DNA of 64,000 nucleotides from assembly GCA_002269645.1 (NCBI GenBank), contig NIVC01001228.1, positions 125,080-189,079 on the forward strand, in the 5' to 3' direction. The notes under the pieces are model-generated. The model was not told the origin of the DNA, searched no databases, and saw only the letters and a program-made list of their open reading frames with translations. Positions 28,012-39,195 of the stretch are shown piece by piece. Origin of the DNA: Macrostomum lignano (lineage: Eukaryota). Both the position numbers and the translations under genes were made by a program. The first letter of the stretch is position 1; each line of letters begins with the position of its first letter.

Positions 28012-29775
28012 GTATCAGCATGGAGGACTACATATATACAATTGTCAGCTTTACAACTGCACAACGTTGTCAATTACTTACCAAATATTTCCTTAACAAA
28101 TCGGTCCTTCAAGGTTGCAGACTCAGAAAGATGCTATATATTAATTTTTTGCTGAAATCCACAAGTTTAAAAGCCGAGCTGGCTGATGTTGAACTGCAGG
28201 AAATTTAGCCGGCATCAAATGCCATATATTATATATTATAAAAGCGGCTAAATCCTTTATCAGCATACGTTACCTCTAGCTATCTAAGGCCAACTATCAT
28301 TGGCTCCCATAGGAACTATCAGGTAGCCAATGAGTAGTTGAGGACATTCTTCTTGTATAGAAATTCGATGAATATAACAGTAAAACTCATCGTATACTAC
28401 TGCCCAAGTAGCAGTTTAGCATTGCACGACTATCTTCCAAAAAGAGGAGGCGATAGTGCAGGAGCCAGACCATGCCACATATCAAGCCACAACAACATCA
28501 TGCAATGGCAACGAGCTGGTGGACCGCTCGGTCGGACTGCCTGCCCTCCCTGACGAAGTCATCCGTTAACCGAGCCATTCTTCAGACGGTTGAGCCACCA
28601 ACACCAACTGCACTGGAAAAGACAATGTTCGACCTGGAGATGCTGCAAAGCCATTATAATTTGTCATAGTTTCTTCCAGAGACTGCTCGATCCCTCATTG
28701 ACCCTTTCTGCGGTTTAGAGAAGGAATTAAACAGCCGAGCACCAACGAGTCACATCCTCTGACCAAACCGGACTTGATCTGTGACCTATGCGCGTTCATA
28801 TAGCAGAACTCCCGGCGACTTTCTACTGCTGGCGCTAAAACAGGGGGCCTCGCGGCTAATTAGGCAAGGGCCACGGATGGGACTCGCAGGACACAGCTCA
28901 TTCCATTAACAAACCCAGAAGTGCAGGCTGCATAAAAGTACAGTGCGTCCGCGCAAGTTTTATTTTCAATTACCACGTTTTTACCATACTTTTTCCAGGG
29001 CTTGATTTTTTTACAATTTTTAGTGAAGCTTGTTTTTTTTTAAATTCAGTTCATGGTCAAGCATTTTGCGTAAGAAGTTTTTTAACACTTGCCGATTTTT
29101 GGGAAATTTTTTAGGTCATTTTTTGTTATTAAGACTCTTCCCGATTGGGGACGCCCTAGAAATAGCAGTGTTATGGCCTTTGTTTTTGTCATTAAGTCAA
29201 TCGGGCTGTATAAACCGTGGCCCACTTTATCCGCGAGATGCATTACTGCCCATTCCGCGAATCCCCTGAGCAGGCAAGGATATACATACACAGGAGTGTA
29301 CAGCAGCCCTAACTTTATTTATCGTTAGGCATGTACACTTCACTGTGTCTTGAGGTTTGGCCCTCAATGACGTTAATTGCACGAGCAGAGCCAAGCAAGC
29401 CGTGTTAGTAAAGTAAAAAAGTATAGAAAACTTTTTAATTCGCGACAGCAATAAAATTTGCTTTTCATTAGTTTGTGTTGATTAAAAAATCAGGATAAAA
29501 AAGCTATCAATCCTACTAATAGTAGACAGAATCTACCCTACACTGAACCTACTGAAAATATATTTATTTAGGCAATACAGAGAAGTACTTGAAGTACATA
29601 GAACAAATGTAAGTAGTCAAAATTCTAAAATGTCAAAAAATACTGTTCAAATGATTCCTTTGATGAGATCCGAGAATTCTGAAAATTTGGAGACAAATGA
29701 AATGTTTTTGCAATTTTACTACGTTTAACCGTGAAGTAAAATCAGTAAGAGAAATTCATAAATGGTTTTCTTTCA

Positions 29776-29855
29776 TCAGACGACGCGCATGATTTCGTAA
29801 TCAGTAGTTGCCAAGATTAACAACTTTAGAGAGATTCCCAATAGTTTATCATCAT
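29776..29855 (-). ncRNA. SNORD79: Box C/D snoRNA copy 6
   Basis: Same boxes and guides; the D'-C' stem is slightly degenerate. Confidence 0.9.
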
Positions 29856-29894
29856 CGATTTCTAATGTTGATTGCAGTGCTGCAAGGGCGTTAT

Positions 29895-31325
29895 TTGAGG
29901 GCTGAGGGTGATTCTTATAGATGGTTGAGGGGTGATTCTTACAGATTGCTCAGGGCGATGCTTATAGGCCGAGGGGCGATTCTTATAGATGGCTGAGGGG
30001 TGATTCTTATAGATGGCTGAGGGGCGATTCTCATAGATGGCTGAGGGGTGATTCTTATAGATGGCTGAGGGGCGATTCTCATAGATGGCTGAGGGGTGAT
30101 TCTTATAGATGGCCGAGGGGCGATTCTCATAGATGGCTGAGGGGTGATTCTTATAGATGGCTGAGGGGCGATTCTCATAGATGGCTGAGGGGTGATTCTT
30201 ATAGATGGCTGAGGGGCGATTCTCATAGATGGCTGAGGGGTGATTCTTATAGATGGCTGAGGGGCGATTCTCATAGATGGCTGAGGGGTGATTCTTATAG
30301 ATGGCTGAGTGGTGATTCTCATAGATGGCTGAGGGGTGATTCTTATAGATGGCTGAGGGGCGATTCTCAGATGGCTGAGGGGTGATTCTTATAGATGGCT
30401 GAGGGGAGATTCTTATAGATGACTGAGGGGTGATTCTTATAGATGGCTGAGGGGTGATTCTTATAGATGACTGAGGGGTGATTCTTATAGATGGCTGAGT
30501 GGTGATTCTTATAGATGGGTGAGTGGTGATTCTTATAGATGGCTGAGGGGTGATTCTTATAGATGGCTGAGGGGAGATTCTTATAGATGGCTGAGGGGAG
30601 ATTCTTATAGATGGCTGAGTGGTGATTCTTATAGATGGCTGAGGGTGACTTTTATAGATGGCTGAGGGGTGGTTCTTATATATGGCTGAGGGGTGGTTCT
30701 TATAGATGGCTGAGGGGTGGTTCTTATAGATGGCTGAGGGGAGATTCTTATAGATGGCTGAGTGGTGATTCTTATAGATGGCTGAGGGGTGATTCTTATA
30801 GATGGCTGAGGGGAGATTCTTATAGATGGCTGAGGGGAGATTCTTATAGATGGCTGAGGGGAGATTCTTATAGATGGCTGAGTGGTGATTCTTATAGATG
30901 GCTGAGGGTGACTTTTATAGATGGCTGAGGGGTGGTTCTTATATATGGCTGAGGGGTGGTTCTTATAGATGGCTGAGGGGTGGTTCTTATAGATGGCTGA
31001 GGGGAGATTCTTATAGATGGCTGAGTGGTGATTCTTATAGATGGCTGAGGGGAGATTCTTATAGATGGCTGAGGGGAGATTCTTATAGATGGCTGAGGGG
31101 AGATTCTTATAGATGGCTGAAGGGTGATTCTTATAGATGGCTGAGGGGTGATTCTTATAGATGGCTGAGGGGTGATTTTTATAGTTGACTGAGGGGTGAT
31201 TCTTATAGATGGCTGAGTGGTGATTCTTATAGATGGGTGAGTGGTGATTCTTATAGATGGCTGAGGGGTGGTTCTTATAGATGGCTGAGGGGCGATTCTT
31301 ATAGATGGCTGAGGGGTGATTCTTT
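29895..31325. repeat. 24-bp repeat GATGGCTGAGGGGTGATTCTTATA (last host-gene intron)
   Basis: Visible array. Confidence 0.95.
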
Positions 31326-31531
31326 CGAGTAAAAAATATCCATCTAGACAAAATAGTTCAAAGCAGACATACCGAGGAACATTGGTTAAACCGATTAACC
31401 AAGCCGAATGTTAAAATTTCGGAGCAATGATGTGGTACATCTAAAAATAGATGGAATAAAAAAGATGCTTGAGTCTATTTTGACATGAAAATGAAAATTT
31501 ACGTCATTAAAAATTAGTCAATTATTAAAAC

Positions 31532-31613
31532 TCAGACGACGCGCATGATTTTGTAATCAGAAGCTGTCAAAAGATTTTGAAAGCTTTAGAGAGATTCCCA
31601 AGGTTATCATCAT
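31532..31613 (-). ncRNA. SNORD79: Box C/D snoRNA copy 5
   Basis: Same boxes and guides. Confidence 0.92.
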
Positions 31614-31840
31614 TGAAGAAAACTAAATTAAGCAGATTCATGTGCCATAACAGTATGCCTACCTGTGTCCGATTGAGGCACTAGAAATGATTTATCTCGA
31701 TAGAAAGACAATGAAAATTTTCATCTGCCGACATGAATCGAATCTGAAAGTTTTTTTCAAAGAACGAACCGATATTTTAGAATTAATGATGACAACGTAT
31801 TAATGTTATAAAACTAAAAAAACATAACGTTTAATTCAAG

Positions 31841-31924
31841 TCAGACGACGCGCATGATTTTGTAATCAGTAGCTTAAGATTAAATTTCTAAAGCTTTAGA
31901 GAGATTCCCAATAGTTATCATCAT
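31841..31924 (-). ncRNA. SNORD79: Box C/D snoRNA copy 4
   Basis: Same boxes and guides. Confidence 0.92.
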
Positions 31925-31984
31925 TAAAATACAGTGATTTTTTAAGTATGAGCCAACTCAGGGGCGGTTTGAGAGCGACTCTTA

Positions 31985-32940
31985 GGAGTTGTCTATGGCC
32001 GATTCTCATGGATTGTCTATGGCCGATTCTCTTGGGTTGTCTATGGCCGATTCTCTTGGGTTGTCTATGGCCGTTTCTCATGGATTGTCTATGGCCGATT
32101 CTCTTGGGTTGTCTATGGCCGTTTTTCATGGATTGTCTATGGCCGATTCTCTTGGGTTGTCTATGGCCGTTTCTCATGGACTATCTATGGCCGATTCTCT
32201 TGGGTTGTCTATGGCCGATTCTCATGGATTGTCTATGGCCGATTCTCTTGGGTTGTCTATGGCCGTTTCTCATGGATTGTCTATGGCCGATTCTCTTGGG
32301 TTGTCTATGGCCGTTTTTCATGGATTGTCTATGGCCGATTCTCTTGGGTTGTCTATGGCCGTTTCTCATGGACTATCTATGGCCGATTCTCTTGGGTTGT
32401 CCATGGCCGATTCTCTTGGGTTGTCTATGGCCGATTCTCATGGATTGTCTATGGCCGATTCTCTTGGGTTGTCCATGGCCGATTCTCATGGATTGTCTAT
32501 GGCCGATTCTCTTGGGTTGTCTATGGCCGATTCTCATGGATTGTCTATGGCCGATTCTCTTGGATTGTCTATGGCCGTTTCTCATTGATTATCTATGGCC
32601 GATTCTCTTGGGTTGTCCATGGCCGATTCTCATGAATTATCTATGGCCGATTCTCTTGGATTGTCTATGGCCGATTCTCTTGGGTTGTCCATGGCCGATT
32701 CTCATGAATTATCTATGGCCGATTCTCTTGGGTTGTCCATGGCCGATTCTCATGAATTATCTATGGCCGATTCTGTTGGATTGTCTATGGCCGATTCTCT
32801 TGGGTTGTCCATGGCCGATTCTCATGAATTATCTATGGCCGATTCTCTTGGATTGTCTATGGCCGATTCTCATGGATTGTCTATGGGTGATTCTCATGGG
32901 TTGTCTATGGGCGATTGTCAGGGTCTATAGACAATTCTAA
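31985..32940. repeat. 24-bp repeat CTATGGCCGATTCTCTTGGGTTGT (host-gene intron)
   Basis: Visible array. Confidence 0.95.
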
Positions 32941-33140
32941 TTCTGATCTATGGGTGACATTGCCAAATTGTATAGTGATGTTTACTGTGTGAAATACTTA
33001 CCAAATCTCCGATTTCAAGCCAACAACCGTAAATATTTTAACAAAAACCACGTTGCTCTGAAATTACGCAAAAAATCTGCTATGTTTCTCGCACGTAGAA
33101 ATATCATTGGCTACTGTAAATAATATTAAGTAACTTGGAA

Positions 33141-33219
33141 TCAGACGACGCGCATGATTTTGTAATCAGTAGCTTAGATATCCTTAGCTTTAGAGAGATT
33201 CCCTATAGATTATCATCAT
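33141..33219 (-). ncRNA. SNORD79: Box C/D snoRNA copy 3
   Basis: Same boxes and guides; terminal stem aatc...gatt flanks boxes C and D. Confidence 0.93.
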
Positions 33220-33279
33220 CGATTGTACTTGGAAGATGAAATGCTCTAAAGCTGGTTTTGTGCATTTCTTATAAGAGTT

Positions 33280-33650
33280 GAAGGGCGATTCTTGAGCTGG
33301 TTTAGGGGCGATTCTTAGGGTAGTTTAGGGGCGACTTTTAGGGTGGTTTAGGGGCGATTTTTAGGGTGGTTTAGGGGCGATTCTTAGGGTAGTTTAGGGG
33401 CGACTTTTAGGGTGGTTTAGGCTTTATGGGCGATTCTTAGGGTAGTTTTAGGGGCAATTTTTAGGGTGGTTTAGGGGTGATTTTTAGGGTGGTTTAGGGG
33501 CGATTATTAGGGTATTCTAGGGCTGATTCTTAGGGTAGTTTAGGGGCGATTATTAGGGTATTCTAGGGGTGATTCTTAGAGTAGTTTAGGCGAGATTCTT
33601 AGAGTGGTTAAGGGGCGATTTCTGGGGTGGTTTAGGGGCGATTAATAGAA
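33280..33650. repeat. 23-bp repeat GTTTAGGGGCGATTCTTAGGGTA (host-gene intron)
   Basis: Visible array. Confidence 0.92.
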
Positions 33651-33904
33651 ATACTTCAGGCAAATTGCTAAAAAGGGTTACGGCGATTTTTAAGGGTATT
33701 TAAGGTCGAAGATGGAGAACTTTTAAAACAGATTCACAACACTTTATTGATCCTACTTACCACATCCTAATATTTACAGTTAACAGACTAATTCCACAAC
33801 CGCTCTAAAATAGCGACCTGAAAAATGCGAACGATTAAAAATCAAATAAACCCAACTGCTATAACAATAAAGTTTTTAATAAGCAATGAAGCTAAAGATA
33901 AAAC

Positions 33905-33991
33905 TCAGACGACGCGCATGATTTCGTAATCAGTAGCTTTTAGATTCGAAAATCTGAAGCTTTAGAGAGATTCCCAAAATGTTATCATCAT
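33905..33991 (-). ncRNA. SNORD79: Box C/D snoRNA copy 2
   Basis: Same C, D', C' and D boxes and both guides; only the spacers differ. Confidence 0.92.
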
Positions 33992-34039
33992 TTCTTGAAT
34001 GTGTACTTGTGCTCTGCAGCCTACTTAGTGTGTTTCTTA

Positions 34040-34560
34040 GAATGGGCTTCAGGCCTATTCTTGGAAGGGGCTTAAGGGCCATTCTTGGAAGGGGTTTAAG
34101 GGCCATTCTTGGAAATGGTTTAAGGGCCATTCTTGGAAGGGGTTTAAGGGCCATTCTTGGAAGGGGTTTAAGGGCCATTCTTGGAAATGGTTTAAGGGCC
34201 ATTCTTGGAAGGGGTTTAAGGGCCATTCTTGGAAGGGGTTTAAGGGCCATTCTTGGAAGGGGCTTAAGGGCCATTCTTGGAAGGGGTTTAAGGGCCATTC
34301 TTGGAAATGGTTTAAGGGCCATTCTTGGAAGGTGTTTAAGGGCCATTCTTGGAAGGTGTTTAAGGGCCATTCTTGGAAGGTGTTTAAGGGCCATTCTTGG
34401 AAGGTGTTTAAGGGCCATTCTTGGAAATGGTTTAAGGGCCATTTTTGGAAGGGCTTAAGGGTCATTCTTGGAAGAGGTTTAAGGGCCACTCTAGGAGGGG
34501 AGTTAAGGGCCATTCTTAAAAGGGGTTTAAGGGCAATGTTTTTAAGGAGTTAAAGAGCGG
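34040..34560. repeat. 24-bp repeat GGTTTAAGGGCCATTCTTGGAAGG (host-gene intron)
   Basis: Visible array. Confidence 0.95.
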
Positions 34561-34833
34561 TTATTGCAGTGATTTTTAAAGGAATTATAAAAGTTGTTTT
34601 ATACCTAGATAGTAACTGACTATTTCCAAGTGAAACAAACATAAAAACATGAAAAATTAGTTTTACATAGATAATAATCACGCACCTTACATTAGTTGAA
34701 CTGGAAATTACAACCGCACGTATTCAGCTCGAATCCGTATCTCTAGAAATATCTAAAAATAAAGATAAATATGATAGTTACTATAAAAAATTATAAAGCT
34801 TTTTATAACTTGTTTATCTAAAAGTTCCCTTAG

Positions 34834-34907
34834 TCAGACGACGCGCATGATACTGTAATCAGTAGCTTATGTAAAGCTTTAGAGAGATTCCCATTAGTTA
34901 TCATCAT
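34834..34907 (-). ncRNA. SNORD79: Box C/D snoRNA copy 1 (U79-type D' guide plus C3787-type D guide)
   Basis: Box C ATGATGA; guide GGGAATCTCT + D' CTAA; C' CTGATTA; guide TCATGCGCGTCGT + D CTGA. Confidence 0.92.
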
Positions 34908-35139
34908 TATAGATACCGATATAATTACTAGAATGCTGATATGCACTTACACGGAAAATGAAATCTTGAAAACGCCATGAAATAAAACTTCATTTTGAAA
35001 TATCGTCTTGATAATCGGTGCGTGTTGTTCAAGTCGTTACGATGTTTCTGAAACAAAAAATCAATATGCTACTTTAAGTAGAAATGTCCAGAAATTAATA
35101 AAACTCTTAGTCATGATAATTATAAAGTCGTAATTCTTT

Positions 35140-35580
35140 GAAGGGTATATTGAAGGTCAATCTTGTTTCACAGGGGCGTTTCTGTAGAGGGTATATTGAA
35201 GGTCAATCTTGTTTCACAGGGGCGTTTCTGTAGAGGGTATATTGAAGGTCAACCTTGTGACATAGGCCCGTTTCTGTAGAGGGTATATTGAAGGTCAATC
35301 TTGTGTCATCGGCCTGTTTCTGTAGAGGGTATATTGAAGGTCAATCTTGTGTCATAGGCCCGTTTCTGTAGAGGGTATATTGAAGGTCAATCTTGTGTCA
35401 TAGGCCCGTTTCTGTAGAGGGTATATTGAAGGTCAATCTTGTGTCATAGGCCCGTTTCTGTAGAGGGCATATTGAAGGTCAATCTTGTGTCACTGAGGAA
35501 AGTCTGTAGAGGGTATATTGAAGGTCAAACTTGTGTCACTGAGGGAATTCTGTAGAGGGTATATTGAAGGTCAATATTGC
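35140..35580. repeat. 46-bp repeat TTTCTGTAGAGGGTATATTGAAGGTCAATCTTGTGTCATAGGCCCG
   Basis: About 9-10 units between SET and the host gene. Confidence 0.93.
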
Positions 35581-36479
35581 GTTTAAACTAAAAAGAACTA
35601 TTAATCCTATAGGATCTACGTAAAGTCAAATAAGCAAAACAAGAATAGAGAACAGGTCCAGTAAAAAAGCACAAACTTCGAAAATGGTGTGCCACAAAAT
35701 CGCATAGCCCGGAACTTAATAAATAAGCCTAGACATTACAGGCCCGAGCTGAGCTTTACACGACAAACAGCAGCATTATTCATTTAGTATTATTATTCAT
35801 ATATATTATTGTATTGTAGATGTAGTAGGTCAATTAACTGCAAAATAGAAACATAATTAACAAACTTAACGATTGGCCAATTACAGCTGTTTAGCATGTA
35901 CTACTATAAGTATTAATTAGTTATATTAGAAAAGAAAATAGTTACATTTTATTAATAGTTATAACTTTTGTTTTTATGATAACTTTAAAAAATAACTTTC
36001 TAAATGCAAACGACACCAATAAAAAAAACCACATACACTACTCAAATACGCGACTCATTATTCACCCATTAAACTAACATTATAATCAATAGTATTTATT
36101 AAAACACGACACAACAGTGACACCGGATTTAGTACAAAAAACCAACTGAAAACAAGTTTCGCTTCCGATGAAATTTGTTGGTTTAGAAACGAACAATGCA
36201 CAGCGTACACAACTCACTACCTGCCTGTGTATGTAAGTAGAAATGACGGAGCATTGGAATTAAAACTTTTAGTTGCGCATAAAAATAGAGACCAAAATAT
36301 AGTGCGTTATTTTTAATATTCCCAGATTTGACAATAACTGCGGCACAAAGATAAGAATAAATGAATATTGTTTTGGATGATCCAGCAGCTACCAAAATTA
36401 GGGATGGGTGGCTCACAGTTTACAGACTGTTTTTTTGCATAAACAAAAATTGCCAGTATTAATATCCGCCATCTACTGC

Positions 36480-36568
36480 TCAATCATCCTCGTTTTCGTC
36501 AGCGTTGTCTTCCTCTTCACCGACGTCCTCTTCGTCCAGATCCTCTTCTTCATCGTCGTCTTCCTCGT
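36480..36568 (-). CDS. SET: SET exon 4, acidic tail
   Basis: Acceptor ccccgcAG|AC gives DEEDDDEEEDLDEEDVGEEEDNADENEDD*. Total 259 aa. Candidate AATAAA at 36095-36100 (minus). Confidence 0.93.
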
Positions 36569-36589
36569 CTGCGGGGAATTAGTGGGTCC

Positions 36590-37770
36590 ACGATGCTTCA
36601 GTTATCACACAGATACCCCCTGATGCTTCAGATATCACACAGATACCCCCTGATGCTTCAGTTATCACACAGATACCCCCTGATGCTTCAGATATCACGT
36701 AGGTACCCTCTGATGCTTCAGATATTACACAGATACCCCCTGATGCTTCAGTTATCACACAGATACCCCCTGATGCTTCAGATATCACACAGATACCCCC
36801 TGATGCTTCAGTTATCACACAGATACCCCCTGATGCTTCAGTTATCACACAGATACCACCTGATGCTTCAGATATCCCACAGATACCCCCTGATGCTTCA
36901 GTTATCACACAGATACCCCTTGATGCTTCAGATATCACACAGATACCCCTTGATGCTTCAGATATCACACAGATACCCCTTGATGCTTCAGATATCACAC
37001 AGATACCCCCTGATGCTTCAGATATCACACAGATATCCCCTGATGCTTCAGTTATAACACAGATACCCCCTGATACTTCAGATATCACACGGTACACTCT
37101 GATGCTTCAGTTATCACACAGATACCCCCTGATGCTTCAGTTATCACACAGATACCCCCTGATGCTTCAGATATCACACAGATACCCCCTGATGCTTCAG
37201 TTATCACACAGATACCCCCTGATGCTTCAGTTATCACACAGATACCCCCTGATGCTTCAGATATCACACAGATACCCCCTGATGCTTCAGATATCACACA
37301 GATACCCCCTGATGCTTCAGATATCACACAGATACCCCTTGATGCTTCAGATATCACACAGATACCCCTTGATGCTGCAGATATCACACAGATACCCCCT
37401 GATGCTTCAGATATCACACAGATATCCCCTGATGCTTCAGTTATCACACAGATACCCCCTGATGCTTCAGATATCACACGGTACACTCTGATGCTTCAGT
37501 TATCACACAGATACCCCCTGATGCTTCAGTTATCACACAGATACCCCCTGATGCTTCAGATATCACACAGATACCCCCTGATGCTTCAGTTATCACACAG
37601 ATACCCCCTGATGCTTCAGATATCACAGGGTACACTCTGATGCTTCAGATATCACACAGGTACCCCCTGATGCTTCAGATATCACACAGATACCCCCTGA
37701 TGCTTTAGATATCTCACAGGTACCCTCTGATGCTTCAGTTATCACACAGATACCCCCTGATGCTCCGCAT
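36590..37770. repeat. 30-bp repeat GATGCTTCAGATATCACACAGATACCCCCT filling SET intron 3
   Basis: Visible array. Confidence 0.96.
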
Positions 37771-37792
37771 GCAATTGCTAATCGAAACTCAC

Positions 37793-38111
37793 CATCCATA
37801 CCGCTGCCATCCATTTCCGAGGCCAGATAATACTGCAACGGATTTGGCCAAATATCGTCTTTGATCACTTCGCCAAGCTCGTCCTGGGTAGCGTCACCCT
37901 GGCTGGTGAACCAGGCAAAGAACGATTCGACTTCTTCATAGCCGCGCTTTTTACCGGCTTTGCCGGGTCCGCCCGAACCGGCCTTCTTAGTGGGATCTTT
38001 GCCCGGATACCAGTCGATTGGCGAAATCTCCGTACGGGGCTCGCCGCCTTCGCCAAGATGGAATTCTTTCCACAGCACTTCATTCTTGAAGTAGGAGTTC
38101 TTTTCGAAAGT
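37793..38111 (-). CDS. SET: SET exon 3
   Basis: [19 protein letters not shown]...ESFFAWF...[20 protein letters not shown]. Acceptor cccccAG|ACT, donor G|GTGAGT (phase 1); 319 nt. Confidence 0.95.
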
Positions 38112-38164
38112 CTGGGGGCAGTTTAGGGTGGGTTGGTTAGTATTATAGAGTAGATTGCATCATG

Positions 38165-38770
38165 AATATTCAGTGGATTGCTAGACTGACACTCATCTGA
38201 ATATTCACTGGATTGCTAGACTGACACTCATCTGAATATTCACTGGATTGCTAGACTGACACTCACCTGAATACTCAGTGGATTGCTAGATTGAAACTCA
38301 CCTGAATACTAAGTGGATTGCTAGACTGACACTCATCTGAATATTCAGTGGATTGCTAGACTGACACTCACCTGAATACTCAGTGGATTGCTAGACTGAC
38401 ACTCACCTGAATACTCAGTGGATTGCTAGACTGACACTCACCTGAATACTCAGTGGATTGCTAGACTGACACTCACCTGAATACTCAGTGGATTGCTAGA
38501 CTGACACTCACCTGAATATCAGTGGATTGCTAAACTGACACTCACCTGAATATTCAGTGGATTGCTAGACTGACACTCACCTGAATATTCAGTGGATTGC
38601 TAGACTGACACTCACCTGAATATTCAGTGGATTGCTAGACTGACACTCACCTGAATATTCAGTGGATTGCTAGACTGACACTCACCTGAATATTCAGTGG
38701 ATTGCTAGACTGACACTCATCTGAATATTCAGTGGATTGCTAGACTGACACTCACCTGAATACTCAGTGG
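38165..38770. repeat. 35-bp repeat filling SET intron 2
   Basis: Unit TCAGTGGATTGCTAGACTGACACTCACCTGAATA(C/T). Confidence 0.96.
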
Positions 38771-38890
38771 ATTACTACATCAAATCACAATACACTTTTG
38801 TAGTTTCATAAGTGACTTTTATTCACCCAAAAACTGTTCCCTATTAAACCGATTTTAAATTGATGACAGATTATTAAAAAAATCACTCAC

Positions 38891-39195
38891 AAAGGACACT
38901 TTGTATCCGGACTTAATGTCCTCAAACTCGGTGACATCAACTTTCTTCAGGTACTGCAGAATGTCTTCGTCATCCTCAGTAAGCATGCTGGACACCTGGG
39001 GATGATTGACAAACGCAGTAACCCAGAAGTTTGGTATTTTAGCAATCAGCTCGGATCGTTTGACGAAATGCGGCTGACGCAGCTTGTTGTACTTTTGCTC
39101 AACTTTGAGAATCTCTTCGCTAGCAGACTCGTTCAGCTTGTCAATCTCCGTTTGAACCTCGTCGATTTTGTCAACAGCATCTTGGGCGGCTCGCT
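38891..39195 (-). CDS. SET: SET exon 2
   Basis: [56 protein letters not shown] is near-identical to SET as recalled. Acceptor acAG|AG, donor TTT|GTGAGT; 305 nt. Confidence 0.95.

Larger units (their letters stand above)
29545..35047 (-). ncRNA. Non-coding multi-exon snoRNA host gene (GAS5/SNHG-like)
   Basis: Short AT-rich exons with canonical AG/GT sites: 35047-34951, 34752-34691 (or 34686), 33817-33761, 33057-33002, 31743-31663, 31440-31373, and 29678 to about 29545 (AATAAA at 29563-29568). One snoRNA per intron. The first AUG frame is only 23 codons. Confidence 0.78.

Noticed and set aside
28340-29450. GC-richer non-repetitive stretch checked for tRNA, H/ACA RNA or exons
   Set aside because: No cloverleaf, box motifs or consistent splice-flanked frame could be identified by eye.
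33280-33650. TTTAGGG-like motifs suggesting interstitial telomeric repeats
   Set aside because: They are embedded in a 23-bp unit related to neighbouring minisatellites, not tandem telomere hexamers or heptamers.
29939-34553. Repeat-protein ORFs (CLWPILLG, MADSLGLS, MALKPLPR etc.)
   Set aside because: 24-bp tandem repeats are open in several frames at once and lie inside host-gene introns.
29776-34907. Repeated conserved motif with variable intervening DNA, superficially like a CRISPR array or dispersed regulatory repeat
   Set aside because: Spacing is hundreds to thousands of bp, there are no cas genes, the context is eukaryotic, and the motif is fully explained by C/D boxes plus rRNA-complementary guides.
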